DNA of 64,000 nucleotides from Felis catus (Eukaryota). The position numbers and the translations under genes are program-made. The notes under the pieces are model-generated. The model saw only the letters and a list, made by a program, of their open reading frames with translations, was not told the origin of the DNA and ran no database searches. Below are positions 1-30,053 of this stretch, piece after piece (positions within the stretch are counted from its first letter, which is position 1; each line of letters begins with the position of its first letter). Where the stretch lies: assembly GCF_018350175.1 (NCBI RefSeq), contig NC_058380.1, positions 57,474,001 to 57,538,000 on the forward strand, read 5' to 3'.

Positions 1-579
1 CTGGGCTGTGCAGGGAGACAGAAGAGAAGAGGCTGTTCCTGGGCTGGGTCCCTGGAGCAGATGGTGTGGTAGAGGCCCAGTGGGCTATGGTGGGCCTCTG
101 AAGACATGGGAGGGCACAGAAGGGAGCATGGGGAAGGAGGAGGGAGGGTGGGGGGCTGAGTTCTAAGGAAGAAGGAGACCCATGGGCTTGTAAGGACTCA
201 GGAAAAACCAGGCATTGGAGCCCCTTGGTCCTGGAGGGGCCAGTCTTCCAGGTGGCAGGCACCTCTTCCTGGTGAAGGAGGGAGAGGTTCCTGGCAATGG
301 GAAGGGTGCTATGGTTTACTAGGTGGAGGACTAGTGAGGATACCAAATATTTGGGGATTCCTGACTGCTTCCTGGAGACGGGAGTGTTGGAGGGACTCAG
401 GGGAGTTAAGAGAGGGGACCCTAAGAACAGCGGGATACGCAAGTGGGGAGAGAAGTTCTGGGCTCTTGGCAATGTGCAAGATGGAGAGACAGTGGCGGGG
501 TGGGTCAGGGGCTTGGGGGAGACAGGGCTGGGCCCATAAAGTGAGAGGACGACCAGGAACCTCACCGGCCTGAGAGCCC

Positions 580-17267
<16,688 letters not shown>

Positions 17268-17744
17268 ACCCTACTTCTTCCTAAGTGAGACAATCTCCTG
17301 CTGCTGGTACCTGGGTGGGCAGCAGTCACCATCTCTCTACACACCAGAAATGGACACTGTCATGTAAGATGGAAACCAACGTGCACAAAAACCCTACTTT
17401 GTAAGGAAGTCGTTGCCCTTTGCAGCTCAGCCTTGTACATATACCTGCCTCCCTCTGGCCTGGTTCCCTTCTTCCCTACCTTCTGTAAATATCTGTATCT
17501 AAACCAGAATATTTTGGCCAAATATAAAACAACAAAAAATGTCATGGTGTCAGAGTCTGGGTTAGGGGCAAATCGAAGGAACATGGTTACTCACAGAATC
17601 ACTGAATTAGCAGTCTCAGGATGAGAGAGAACCCTTTATGCGAAGCCTCTTCACCAAGTACAGACAGAATTCACTTCCTTTCCACCTCTCCAGTACAGAC
17701 AGAAATCGATTCCATAGTCCATATCCCTCTTCCCTCCTCAACCC

Positions 17745-19791
17745 TTAGATAGTAGTTCCACCCATTCCACCTCCCTGTCCTCCTCCCTGACAGACAAGGG
17801 AAGATATTTCTCCCAGTTGGTGGGAATAATTCTCAGGTTCATAGGGCAAAGGCTGCCCCAGAGACAGAGGCACTGGTGTTGAGAAGCTGCAGTTCTTCCG
17901 GAATGGCGTGTCCAGAGTCTTGATGCTACTGACACCCTGGAGGAAGGCCAGAATGAGGACAGATCCCGCTCTGCACCAAGCCAGAACAGAACAGCCTCTT
18001 CCCCCTCCTTGTTTTCCCCGACTCCTGACACCCTCACACACCGGTAGCTGTGGTGCCCTCTGTATCCAGAAGGTTTCAGGTTGCTCCCGACGGTAGTCGT
18101 GAGGCTGGAAGGGAAAGATACTGAAAAACTCTTGGTTTGAAGCTCCCTCTCTTAACCTCTGCTGCTCTCCCACAGCCCATTAGAGCCCAGCCGTACAAGC
18201 GGGGTGGGATAAGTTCTCACCTTGGTTGGGGCAGGAGGCCCGGCTTGCACCAGCTCCTTTCGGTAGTCATGGTGTGTCACAGACTCGACCTCAGACTGCT
18301 TCCTTGTGGCTCCCTGCTCTGCCTGCACCTCTTTACTGTATAGTCCTGGGGGCGTCAAAGCCATTCTTCCCTGATTTTTGTCTTCCCCGCCTCCCCTTTA
18401 CCCTTCGCCCAGCCTCTCACCAGATCTGGTGGCGCAGGAGCATCTCCAGCATGGCTTCACGCTTTCCTGTAGGAGGTCAGGGAGTGGAGAGAGTGGGAGA
18501 GTCTGGTTAACAAGCAGGCCCAAAGAAACAAATGTGAGAAAAGAAGGAAAATCATGGGGTTTTCCCCTTGTACCCATTAAACAATCCATAGTCCCACTAG
18601 AAATTCCTTCCTCTCTTTTATCTCTGATTGCTCATTCTGGCCCATTCTCTCATGCTTCACACCTCGAGTTGGCCGATAGCAGTTTCGTGGGGGCTGGTAT
18701 GAGTCTTTCTGAGTGGTGCTGAAGGACATGGGTGACTGTAGCTGCAGGGTCAGCAGTCCCTGGTGTCCATGTCGGAAGAAGAAACTCTCAGAGCCATCCT
18801 GCATGCTTGGGACTTGATCCAGGTGGTTGGTGGCTCTCTGTGGGCCCCAAGTTGAGTGACCAGGATGTCCTTTATGGCACCCACCCTCATCATAAACTAC
18901 TGCCTCCCCCAGGAAACTGGGGACAGTCTTCAGGAAAAGGGAGCAGGTCAAAACCTTAATACCTCCTCCTCCCAGTTGTAGAGAAGGCTGTGGCCCCGTG
19001 GCAATGTTTCATTGGGAACCTTACACTTCCCTTCAACCTCAGGGGTCTTCCAATGCCCTCGGGCACCAGGTTCTGAGACTTGCAAAAATTTCCAGGGTTG
19101 TTTCCGCGGTTCCCAGTGGCAGTAGTGATTCCAGGAGGCATAATTAGGGACCAGATCTGCTTGGGGGGTTCTGAAACTTGGAAGATTGTAGGGGCTGGGC
19201 TCACGGTCATGGCCACAGCCTGGACTAGGCCCAGCGTCAGTAGCAGGACCAGGGCCAGAATCAGGACCAGTGTCTTGACCAGAGCCATGGCAGGAACCAG
19301 AACTGGAGCCAAGAATAGGGCCAGGACTAGAGCTAAGGTCTTTTGTAGTACAGGGATCCTGAGCAATATGGGAAACATAGATAGGCTCAATGCCAAGTTT
19401 CCCATGGCCAATGCTGTGGGTAAAGCTGGCTCCAGTGCAGGGATCCCCCAGGAGACTGTCAGAGGAGTGGTTCATGAGAAGGTTCGGCTCAGAGTGGCAC
19501 GCTGGGGTCTTTGCAGATAACACAGTCGCTTTATCGGTGGAGGAGGCCGCAGCTGCTGTAGTTGCGGCTGCCAGGGCTGTTATAGGATGGCCATCCGAAG
19601 AAAATGGTTCTGAAGTGGACCCTAGTCCTTCAGTGCCAGGCTGTACATCTGAAGATCTGAAAGAAAGCGAATGCGACAAAGTTGTCAAAAGCGGTGTAAG
19701 TCCGCTGACCTTTCTTGTCCCCTTACACCAGCCGCCAAAGCTGCCGCTCTCACCGACATCTCGATCCCTTGGTAGACTGCGCGGTCTCCAT
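17745..19791 (-). CDS. SPAG8: Sperm-associated antigen 8 (axonemal microtubule inner protein), 7 exons, 440 aa
   Basis: Exons (plus-strand coordinates): 19754-19791 (METAQSTKGSRC), 18963-19656, 18663-18837, 18421-18466, 18221-18335, 18042-18104, 17745-17936 (TAA). Total 1323 nt with consistent phases. Motifs: KQPWKFLQVSEPGARG, LLYNWEEER, GSESFFFRHGH, STTQKDSY, SVTHHDY, TLDTPFRKNCSFSTPVP. Confidence 0.96.
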
Positions 19792-19811
19792 CTTCAGTCT
19801 CCAGCTACCGG

Positions 19812-19913
19812 GTTGCCATAGAGACGGCAAATAATTCCAGGAGACTGCGCAGGACTAGAGTTGGGCGGAAGTGCCGGGTGGGGGTGGAGACAAATTCTCT
19901 GCGGGGCGGAAGT
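19812..19913 (-). promoter_or_regulatory. SPAG8 proximal promoter: RFX X-box plus two ETS/GABP sites
   Basis: GTTGCCATAGAGAC at 19812-19825, about 20 bp upstream of the ATG. CGGAAGT at 19866 and 19907. Confidence 0.7.
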
Positions 19914-20560
19914 CTTAAACCTGGGGAAGTCTAGGAAGTTTGCTTTCCGTTCAGACTCCGTTCCGCCTCAGCCCAGCTCTTAAGGTTCCGCTAGTCTAGG
20001 GTTCTGCCTTCTACACTTACGCATGATTCTTTCTGAGGCTTTCTAAGGTGGTTCTTTGTGTTGGAGACAAGCACAGGGCTTTAGTATCAGACAGTGTACT
20101 TGTGTAGGGGCAACAGTAACTTACCCGCAGTTCATTCTAAAAAATGGGGTGGGGCAGGGAGTCTTTTAAAAGTTTAAGGTTTAAAATACATCAAACAACT
20201 AAAAAGCAAAATGGTGAGACATGGGGATCAAAGAGTGGCAGGTTTTTTTTTGTTTGTTTGTTTGTTTTTTGGTGTGATTACTTCTCCTTCAGTAAAAGAC
20301 CCTCACGTTGACCATCCTCCTCCCAGATCACCCTAGAACTTGTCTTGGCATCTGAATAAGGGCCAGGATTGAGTGTCTCACCCCTGGGTTTCAGTCTCTC
20401 CCTACTCATATAGGCTTATTTCTATTGCTATTTTTCTAGAAGCTTGACCCAGGTGGACCATTTGTCATGAGGACTCACAAATCTATAGGCAAATGCTTCT
20501 TTCACTACAGGATGGGCCTCCTTAATGTCTCTCACTCAGACCATAGTCAAGACCATAATC

Positions 20561-20677
20561 TTTTTTTTTTTTTTTTTAAGATTGTATTTTTAAGTAATCG
20601 CCACACCCAATGTGGGGCTCGAACTCAAGCCCAAGATCAAGAGTTGCATGCTCCAACAACTGAGCCAGCCAGGTACC
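20561..20677 (-). mobile_element. Short carnivore CAN-SINE (older SINEC type)
   Basis: Poly(T), then TGTGGGGCTCGAACTC...AAGATCAAGAGTTGCATGCTC...ACTGAGCCAGCCAGG, the reverse complement of a tRNA-derived head. Confidence 0.8.
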
Positions 20678-20768
20678 ACAGAATCATTATCTTTAATGTT
20701 TTCTTTTCTATTTGTGATATAAATCTTTATATATTTAAGACAGTGATCCAAAATTGAGGGAGAACAAG

Positions 20769-20774
20769 TTTATT
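20769..20774 (-). terminator. HINT2 polyadenylation signal AATAAA
   Basis: TTTATT on the plus strand, about 70 nt past the HINT2 stop. Confidence 0.75.
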
Positions 20775-20844
20775 AGCATCATAGGGTCCCTTTTCCCCCA
20801 TCCTCCAAGAATCCAGGTCTTGGGTTCTTGGTCAGTTGGAAGGT

Positions 20845-22779
<1,935 letters not shown>

Positions 22780-22791
<12 letters not shown>

Positions 22792-23360
22792 CTTGCCCTC
22801 AGCCGCCGAATCTCTCCTCAGGCCCGCACGCAGGCCCCGCCGTCGCCCGAGGTGGGGGCCGCCACGGAGCCGGCAAACGACGGCCATTGGCTCCGCTGGA
22901 GGCCGCGAGCGAGCCCTGCCATCCCATTGGCCGCGCTCCTGGGCTTCTCTTGAGGTCCTTTGGACCAGAGGGTGGTGTCATTCACTCCACTGGCTCCGCC
23001 GCCACGGTGGGGGCGGAATCTTTTCATCCCATTGGCTGCTTCTGCCAGCTCGTGGGCTAGTTTTCCACTTCATTGGCTTCGACTTCTGGTCAGAGTGAAA
23101 GTTCCTTTGCCATTGGGCCCCCTAAGTGTTTCCCCAAGAGACTTTCTCACTCCATTGGAAGGATTAAGAGACGTGGGATTTAACTCCGTTTGGCTCTGCT
23201 GCACAACATTGGTGCGGCGCCGAGCCTCTGACATCGTAGACCCTCTCCCCGCATTGGTCAGGAGGAGGGCGGGTTCTGAGGGCGGGCACTCGGCGCTGGC
23301 TGGCTCCGGGAATCACCGCAACCCCTGGAGGCCAAGGTTTTAGGAGTCCCGGAAGAAGGG
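22780..23360 (-). promoter_or_regulatory. HINT2 CpG-island promoter with YY1 site and CCAAT-box array
   Basis: CAAGATGGCGGC (YY1 consensus) over the ATG. ATTGG at 22886, 22926, 23031, 23072, 23112, 23154, 23208, 23253. GC boxes near 23010 and 23350. Confidence 0.8.
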
Positions 23361-23407
23361 GGCGGGAATGCCTGCCCTGTGAGGCTGAAGGTGAACTGAG
23401 ACCGGTC

Positions 23408-23608
23408 CTTTTTTTTTTTTTTTCTTGTAATTTATTGTCAAGTTCGCTAGCATACACTGTATATATAGTGTGCTCTTGGCTTCGGGAGTGGATTCCCATG
23501 ATTCATTGCTTACATACAATACCCAGTGCTCATCCCAAGTGCCCTCCTCAATGCCAGTGATGGCCATTCCCACTTCCACCCCAACCCCCATCAACCCTCA
23601 GTTCTCTG
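23408..23608 (-). mobile_element. 5'-truncated carnivore/felid L1 3' end with poly(A) tail
   Basis: T-run plus TTTATT, then sequence that is the reverse complement of the L1 3'UTR seen at about 34420-34546 (for example ACCCAGTGCTCATCCCA vs TGGGATGAGCACTGGGT). Confidence 0.85.
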
Positions 23609-24889
23609 TATTTAACTGGAGGGATAAGATAGCCAGCGTTTTCCCCACGAGGGCATTTCAGACCCTTGAGCCTTTCAAAGATTTTTAACTTACTCATCTA
23701 AGGGCAGTCCCTTGTTTATGTTCTTGTGTGCATACTCCAACATTGAAGATTCTGCAGTTCGTTTTCAGGNNNNNNNNNNNNNNNNNNNNNNNNNNNNNNN
23801 NNNNNNNNNNNNNNNNNNNNNNNNNNNNNNNNNNNNNNNNNNNNNNNNNNNNNNNNNNNNNNNNNNNNNNNNNNNNNNNNNNNNNNNNNNNNNNNNNNNN
23901 CGATAGTGACCTGTCTTTGCGCACGACTAACAAGCAAAGGAGTAGGTATCCAATGTTCTTTTCTAATCAGAAATGGTGTATGAAACAGCCTCGTACCTGG
24001 TATTTTCAGTTAGTCGGGTTTGAGGGACAACGGGAGTGTGTCATTGCTGGGTGAGAAGTATATTTCATTTTGTTGGAATATATATTTTTGACCTAAGGAA
24101 CAGGGGTCACAAAATGCTAATATACTTACCCAACCAAGGTTTAGCCTGACAGTTAACACTTAGGACAAAAGCCACCACTGTATCTTTAGGTGGTTTTTGT
24201 TGTAGTTGTTGTTGTTGTTGTTTTAGCACATCAGTGATTGTGGAATGAATAACATTTGGTGTTTCATTTCCGTTCATTATATAAAGTACATATGTATTGG
24301 ATGTATATTCCTATTCTGCCCCTTACAATCAATTTTCCATATTATTACATAGTCTATGTAAATATACTTTGTAATGTCTGCATATTACTTCCTTGAATGA
24401 GTTTATTACAGTAACCATTCCTTTACTGTTGACTATTGAATTCGTTTCAGTGAATGGTCATTATGGCACTAATTGCATATCACCAGTCAAGAAGAACTCT
24501 ACTTCTGGAGATAGGAATAATCTTTTGTATAGCCATATTATTGTTAGAAAGGCCTTTTTCCTCCAATGGGCAGACATTTGACCCTGTAATTTCCCCTAGG
24601 AGTTCTAGCAGTCCAGATTGCATTCCTTCCTTTGGAAGGACAGATAGCTTCCCCAAATGTGGGGAAATGTAGACTGACTGGCCTTTTCTCTGTGCCCTAG
24701 AGGCTGTATGCAGTTCTCGTGGCGCCTCTGAGACAGCAGCAACCCCTAGAGCTGCTCTGGAGAAGTTCAAGAGATAAAAAGAGCTGGGATCTAGGAAGAG
24801 GAAGGAAACCAGCCAGGCAGGGTAGGTGACTACAAAGCACTTTGAAACTGGTGATTTCTTTAGGTTCTCAGGGAGAGCAAGTAGCACAG

Positions 24890-24980
24890 AGATTATTCCT
24901 CTTTTATAGATCCAGAAACTGAGGCCCAGAGAGGGAAAGTGATGATATGCCTAGGATCACAGAACCAATTAGTGCCAGAA
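24890..24980. mobile_element. MIR fragment
   Basis: TTTTATAGAT..GAAACTGAGGCCCAGAGAGGGAAAGTGA..GCCTAGGATCACAG matches the MIR core. Similar MIR pieces at about 39350-39460 and 42760-42950. Confidence 0.7.
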
Positions 24981-26238
24981 TCTCCCACTCCTCATAAAAA
25001 TAATCTATGATTCACTGATTTTGGCCCCTGGCCTACAGTTTTTACTCCAAACGTTGTGATCCCTGGCAGCTTTTCTCACCTGAGAGCTGCAACTCTCTGT
25101 AGGTTCTGACCACTGTCTCCTATGCTTCGATCCCTACTGCTACATCTGCTACTGCACCTTATTAGAGCGTTCTAGTCCTTTGACTGTTCCTTTATTCAAT
25201 CTGTCAGTTGCTTCCTGGCTTCACTTTCTTTCCATTTGTATGGTCAGCTCTCTCCACATCCTCAAGCCTTCTTTTTTGCTTTATTTTCCTGATCATCCTC
25301 CCTGATACCTTCCATCACCAACCATCAATCTATTTTGTTTCTCTCTTCCTCTTTAACTAGATTCCCGCTTTCAGCTGTCCCTGAATCCTCAACTATCCAC
25401 TGATCAGGTTTTTCTCCAGTTCCCCACCTTAGCCTTCCCACACCTTCGCCTCTGTCTTCCCATCTCCTACTCCCCACTCTTATCCCTCTCCTCCCCCACC
25501 AGCAACTGACCTTGTCTCCTACTTCGCAGGGGAACTTCAAGATCCTCCTCCCTGCAGCTCAGGGAAGTCCCCATCCTTTTCTTTCTTCCTTCCTCTTGGT
25601 CTTAGGAAGCGGTGTTTCTCCTGTGTAGAACAAATCCCTTCACCTCTGCCCTGACCTCATTCCCTCCCTCCATCTTTGGCATCTTGTCTCACCAGGTATC
25701 TCTGTTTTTCTTCTGCATCTTCAAAATCTTTTTCTCTACTGGTCCCTTCCTTTTTTCCCTCCTAAAAAATGCTTCCTTGACTGCACATCTCCCTCTGGAT
25801 ATTGTCTGACTTCTCTCCTGCTCTTTTCATCCAAGCTTCTTAAAGAAACTCTTTCAAACTTACCACTTGGTTTCTACCTCCACTGCATCACTGAAACTAC
25901 ATTATCTGAAGACCTTCTAATTGTAAGATCCAATGGACACTTTTCAGTCTTTATCCTACTGGAGTCCCCAACTGCATCTAACATCACTGTTTCCTCTATC
26001 CTTCTTAAACCCCCCTCCCTCCTTGGCTTCCTTGAAGCCACTCTCCTTCTGATGCCAGAGCTAGCAGCTTGAGTGTGGGTGTGGTGGAGGCAGATGCTTT
26101 GATCCAGCCTCTCTCCTGTGCGGTGCCCTCTCTTGTTCCCAACAGGTACCAACTCTAAGGTCCTACGGTGTTTGTCACTGGGCTGGGTTCTGTCCACCCC
26201 ATACAGAAGCAGGCCAGATTCCAGTGGCTTCCCCTTTC

Positions 26239-26244
26239 TTTATT
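26239..26244 (-). terminator. FAM221B polyadenylation signal AATAAA
   Basis: TTTATT on the plus strand, 17 nt past the distal stop at 26262-26264. Confidence 0.7.
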
Positions 26245-26261
26245 GCCGATTCGAGCCAGGC

Positions 26262-29200
26262 TCAGAGAGGCTTGCGCCAGGTGTTGACAGTGTCTGTCCC
26301 TGGAGGAGGGAAAAGCAGAGGTGAAAGGGTCAGGTATGGGGGGTCAAATTTAGGGCCAGGCCACAGGTTGTGTGGGCCAGGGAGCCCAGGAGGTCTGGGA
26401 TGGGTGCTGGGATGGCCGGAGGGCCCCTGTGTCTGTAAAGCCTCAGAGTCAGAATTCCTGACGATGGCTTCTCAGAGGGTAGGCATCTCTGCAAAAGGCA
26501 CACAGTCTGCTCCTGGGGTTGGAGACTGGTGCAAGTTTGGGATGCAGGCGCTGAGAGAGAGAGGTAGTCCAGGATGGAATGACTGAGGGTGGGAGCACCT
26601 TCCTGCCTGGCCTTCTGACTATGGTCCTGGAATGGTCCCGTTCCAGGTTGCCCTTGCCCCCTTACCGTGAGGCCTCCCTCCTCGTCGCCGGGTCTCCTCA
26701 GTCTCAAAGAAAGTCTCATGTTCCTCCCAGCGCCGGTCACAGGCCGCACAGAGGAAATTAGACTCAAAGCAGTTGCAGCAACAGCCTAGGGCAAGGGGGA
26801 AGCCAAGACGAGTATAGGGAATTGGCGCTTTCCCACGGGCTGACTACGTTCTCCTCTCTTCCTCACCAACCACAAACCCAAGTTTCTCCTACCAGTTCCC
26901 CCATCCTCATCCCCAAACCATGTGCATCCTACCCATGCCCACCCCTGTACTCCCCTCACCCTAGAAATTACCTTTCACCCTGCAGGAATGGGACCCAGTA
27001 GCTGCATGGTCTTCATGGCTGTGTTTGCAGCGACATTGGGCCCTCCAGGCCTTAGGGTCAAAGGTAGCTCGTCTTTTAAGCCAGAACTCACCCACCTCCT
27101 CTGGGCGTGATGGGATAAAGCAGAACATGAGGCAGCGGCACTGGCCCACATTGCAGGGCACAGATATGTCTATGGGAATGGGGATGGATGGGAGGATTAG
27201 ACTGGCACCTAATAGGGCCTAGCCTTCCTGTGCCAGTCCTCCTCCCCCATACCAATACACACACACTTTCTCTCATACATCCCAATACATGGCCCGAGTA
27301 TAGTTTTCCCTTCCCATGGACAGGGGCTGGTCAGTTCTCCCTACCTGAGACGATCTGGTGCTCTCTCAACAAGTGTCCACAAAAGCATTTGGATTCATCT
27401 CCAATTTGGAAACAGTCCCATAGATAATGGGGGCAGCGCCAGCCAATATGGAGACCTGAGTGTGGAGGAATTAACAGGGAAGAGTGAGAAGGAAAAATAG
27501 CCTAAGCAACCCCCCCACCCCCAGCCCCTGTGGTCTCACCTCTTCCCCAGTGTATTCACTCCACCCATGATCTCCACCCTTTGAGACATCTTCCCCATCG
27601 GATTTTCTCAGTATCCCACAAGTGTTTCAGCTCCTTTCCCACCCCAGGATCTACTCCATTTCTGTTAGCCTGTCAGAAATGACTGAAGACAGTCTTCAGT
27701 TTCTGAAGTGGTTTCTGAGCAGGAAGATTCGAAATGAAATTTTGCTTGAAGACAAACACGAATCTTGCTGAGTTCTCTGTGGCTATTAAGATTCTCATTT
27801 CCTCCCCTTCCCACATTAGAGCCTCACTTTGTTTTGTTTCATTGAAGTGTCTAAGTTGAGGGAAAGGGAAGATGATTGGCCAGGTATAGAATAGATGGTG
27901 AGGACTGGCACCTAAGAAAATGTGGTTGTTAAAGGGACCAGAAGAGGAGGAGGAGGTTGGGCAGCTCTGGGACCAGGAGGAGGGTTTTCCTCACTTTTCC
28001 AGTTTGGCACCTTCCTATTTCCCTTTATGTTCCTGGTGTTCCTGAACTGATGCTATCTATGAACTTGAGAAGGGCTGGCTATAGTTTTCTAAGAACCAGG
28101 AGAAAGGGGTAGGCCAGAAGTCATGAGTGGTGAAGACCAAGAAACAGAAGCTTGTGAGGCTAGGAAGTATCCCTGAGAATAGGCACCAGCAAGATGCCAC
28201 AACCCTTGAGAGCCTGGTTTCAGTAGTGGGATCTGAAATTGGCTTCATGGTCAATCTCACTACAAGGCAAGGGTGGAGCCATTTAAATGTGGGAGAACCA
28301 GAGAGCACATTCCACTCATTTTCTCACCCTTCGTGAAACCTGAGACTACTCCAACTTCTAGGCAAGAATCCTGTATGAGTCCTTACGGAGTGGGACCTTC
28401 AGCTATGGGACTCATTCCCATTTAAAGGCTACAATGAAGTGTCACCTCCACCAAACAGTTGTCCCTGACTTCCTCTGCCTGTCTAGGGGCTCCTCCTCTT
28501 CGTTTCTCTGACTCCTTTGCTACTCCTCTCACAGTACAAGGCATTATAATAGTGGACTTTTCACTTGTATTCCTCTTAGACTGTAGGTTTTCACCTATAT
28601 TTCTAGTCCTCGTACAAGGCCTGGCCCAGAATAGGTGCTCAGAGAGCACAGACAGCTTGACTGACTAAATGAATAAGCAAACTCCTTCAGGACAGAAAAG
28701 AGACCCAGTATTCTAGGCTTAACACTGAAGTTCCATAAGGAGGGTGGGAAAGAGTTAGTGTCTTCTGGTCTTTGACTCTGGCCAGGGCCACAATCCACAA
28801 TTCTGTGCCTGATTGTCAGTCTAGTTTTTTCTTGCCTTACCCATGATCTTTCAGGGTCTAAAGCCTGTCCAGGCGTGGCTTTTGGCTTTGCTACTTCTGT
28901 CTCGATCCTGCCAGCCTGAAGTGTCAGTGCCCCATTATAGCAGTGAGGCTTTGTTGAAAGGGCAGGGTATATAGGTAGAGTCACAATGGAAGTGAGTGGG
29001 GGCCAGGATTCCACTAGCGGAATTCTGAATTCTGTTCAGAGCAGCAGGATACACTCGGTGAACAGATGAGAGGTGGAGGTGAACAAGGGTCAGTGCCCAC
29101 ATATCAAGGTCCCGCTTGAAAGCCTGGGAGAGTCAAGTGCAAGCACTGATATGGGAGTCAGTGCCCCGCCTTTAGATGAAGCAGACTAGAGTTTAAACAG

Positions 29201-30014
29201 AGACTGGCAACTATACCTCAGACTCCATTATAAGTGTCAGTGCCCTTAAAGCAGGACAATTGACATCAGGCTATATAGTCCAGAGTGGGACCCTCTACTC
29301 TCTGCTCTGATTCCAAACTGTCTTTCTGTTATAAGTGGACAAGGACTGGTAGGGGGAGGAGACATTATCTGGAATGCCATTTTGACGGTGTACCAGGTGG
29401 TTCTAGGTAGTTTCACCTTAAGAATCTGTGCTCCAAGCATTTTCACCGCAAACATTTCCACTGCATGATTAATTGGCCATAGGCAATTTTGCCACGAAAG
29501 ATAAAATCACAAAAAAATAAAAGGACATTCATTAAAGAGGGCATAGTTAAACATGGAAAATGAATATCAAAATTAAATATGACCTTATTGCAAAATCCAA
29601 ATATTTGAATTTAAAATGCATAGTGTAGATTCATGGCCATGCTGTGTAAATAACTGATTTTATGTTGTGGATTGTACCCTAAGCACTTGTCTTCAAAGTC
29701 TTTCATTCATAGCATTATACAATTTTTTTTTTTTTTTGCTTGTTGACTCATCTCCTTGTTCAGCATCTCACTTTTTCTTCTTTTGCTAAAATTTTCTCCT
29801 TCACTAAGAGAGGTATCAATTTCCAAATACTAGGATGCATATTTGCCACTGAGCTGTGTATTGTGTTGTGAAAGCCTCCTACACTGTTGTTTGCTCCTGG
29901 CATATTGTCACATGTCCATTGATAGACATTCCAAAGTTGTATGGGAAATGTGAGCTCAAAACTCTGCCACAGTGTAGACCATTATGAAGACTAAGATTTA
30001 TACAATATATATAG

Positions 30015-30053
<39 letters not shown>

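Noticed and set aside
17657-17704. 13-bp direct repeat AGTACAGACAGAA
   Set aside because: Two copies only, with no tail or element between them; most likely a small local duplication.
22886-23257. Regularly spaced short motif with unique spacers, superficially CRISPR-like
   Set aside because: The repeat is only 6 bp, the context is a mammalian promoter and there are no cas genes; it is better read as CCAAT boxes.
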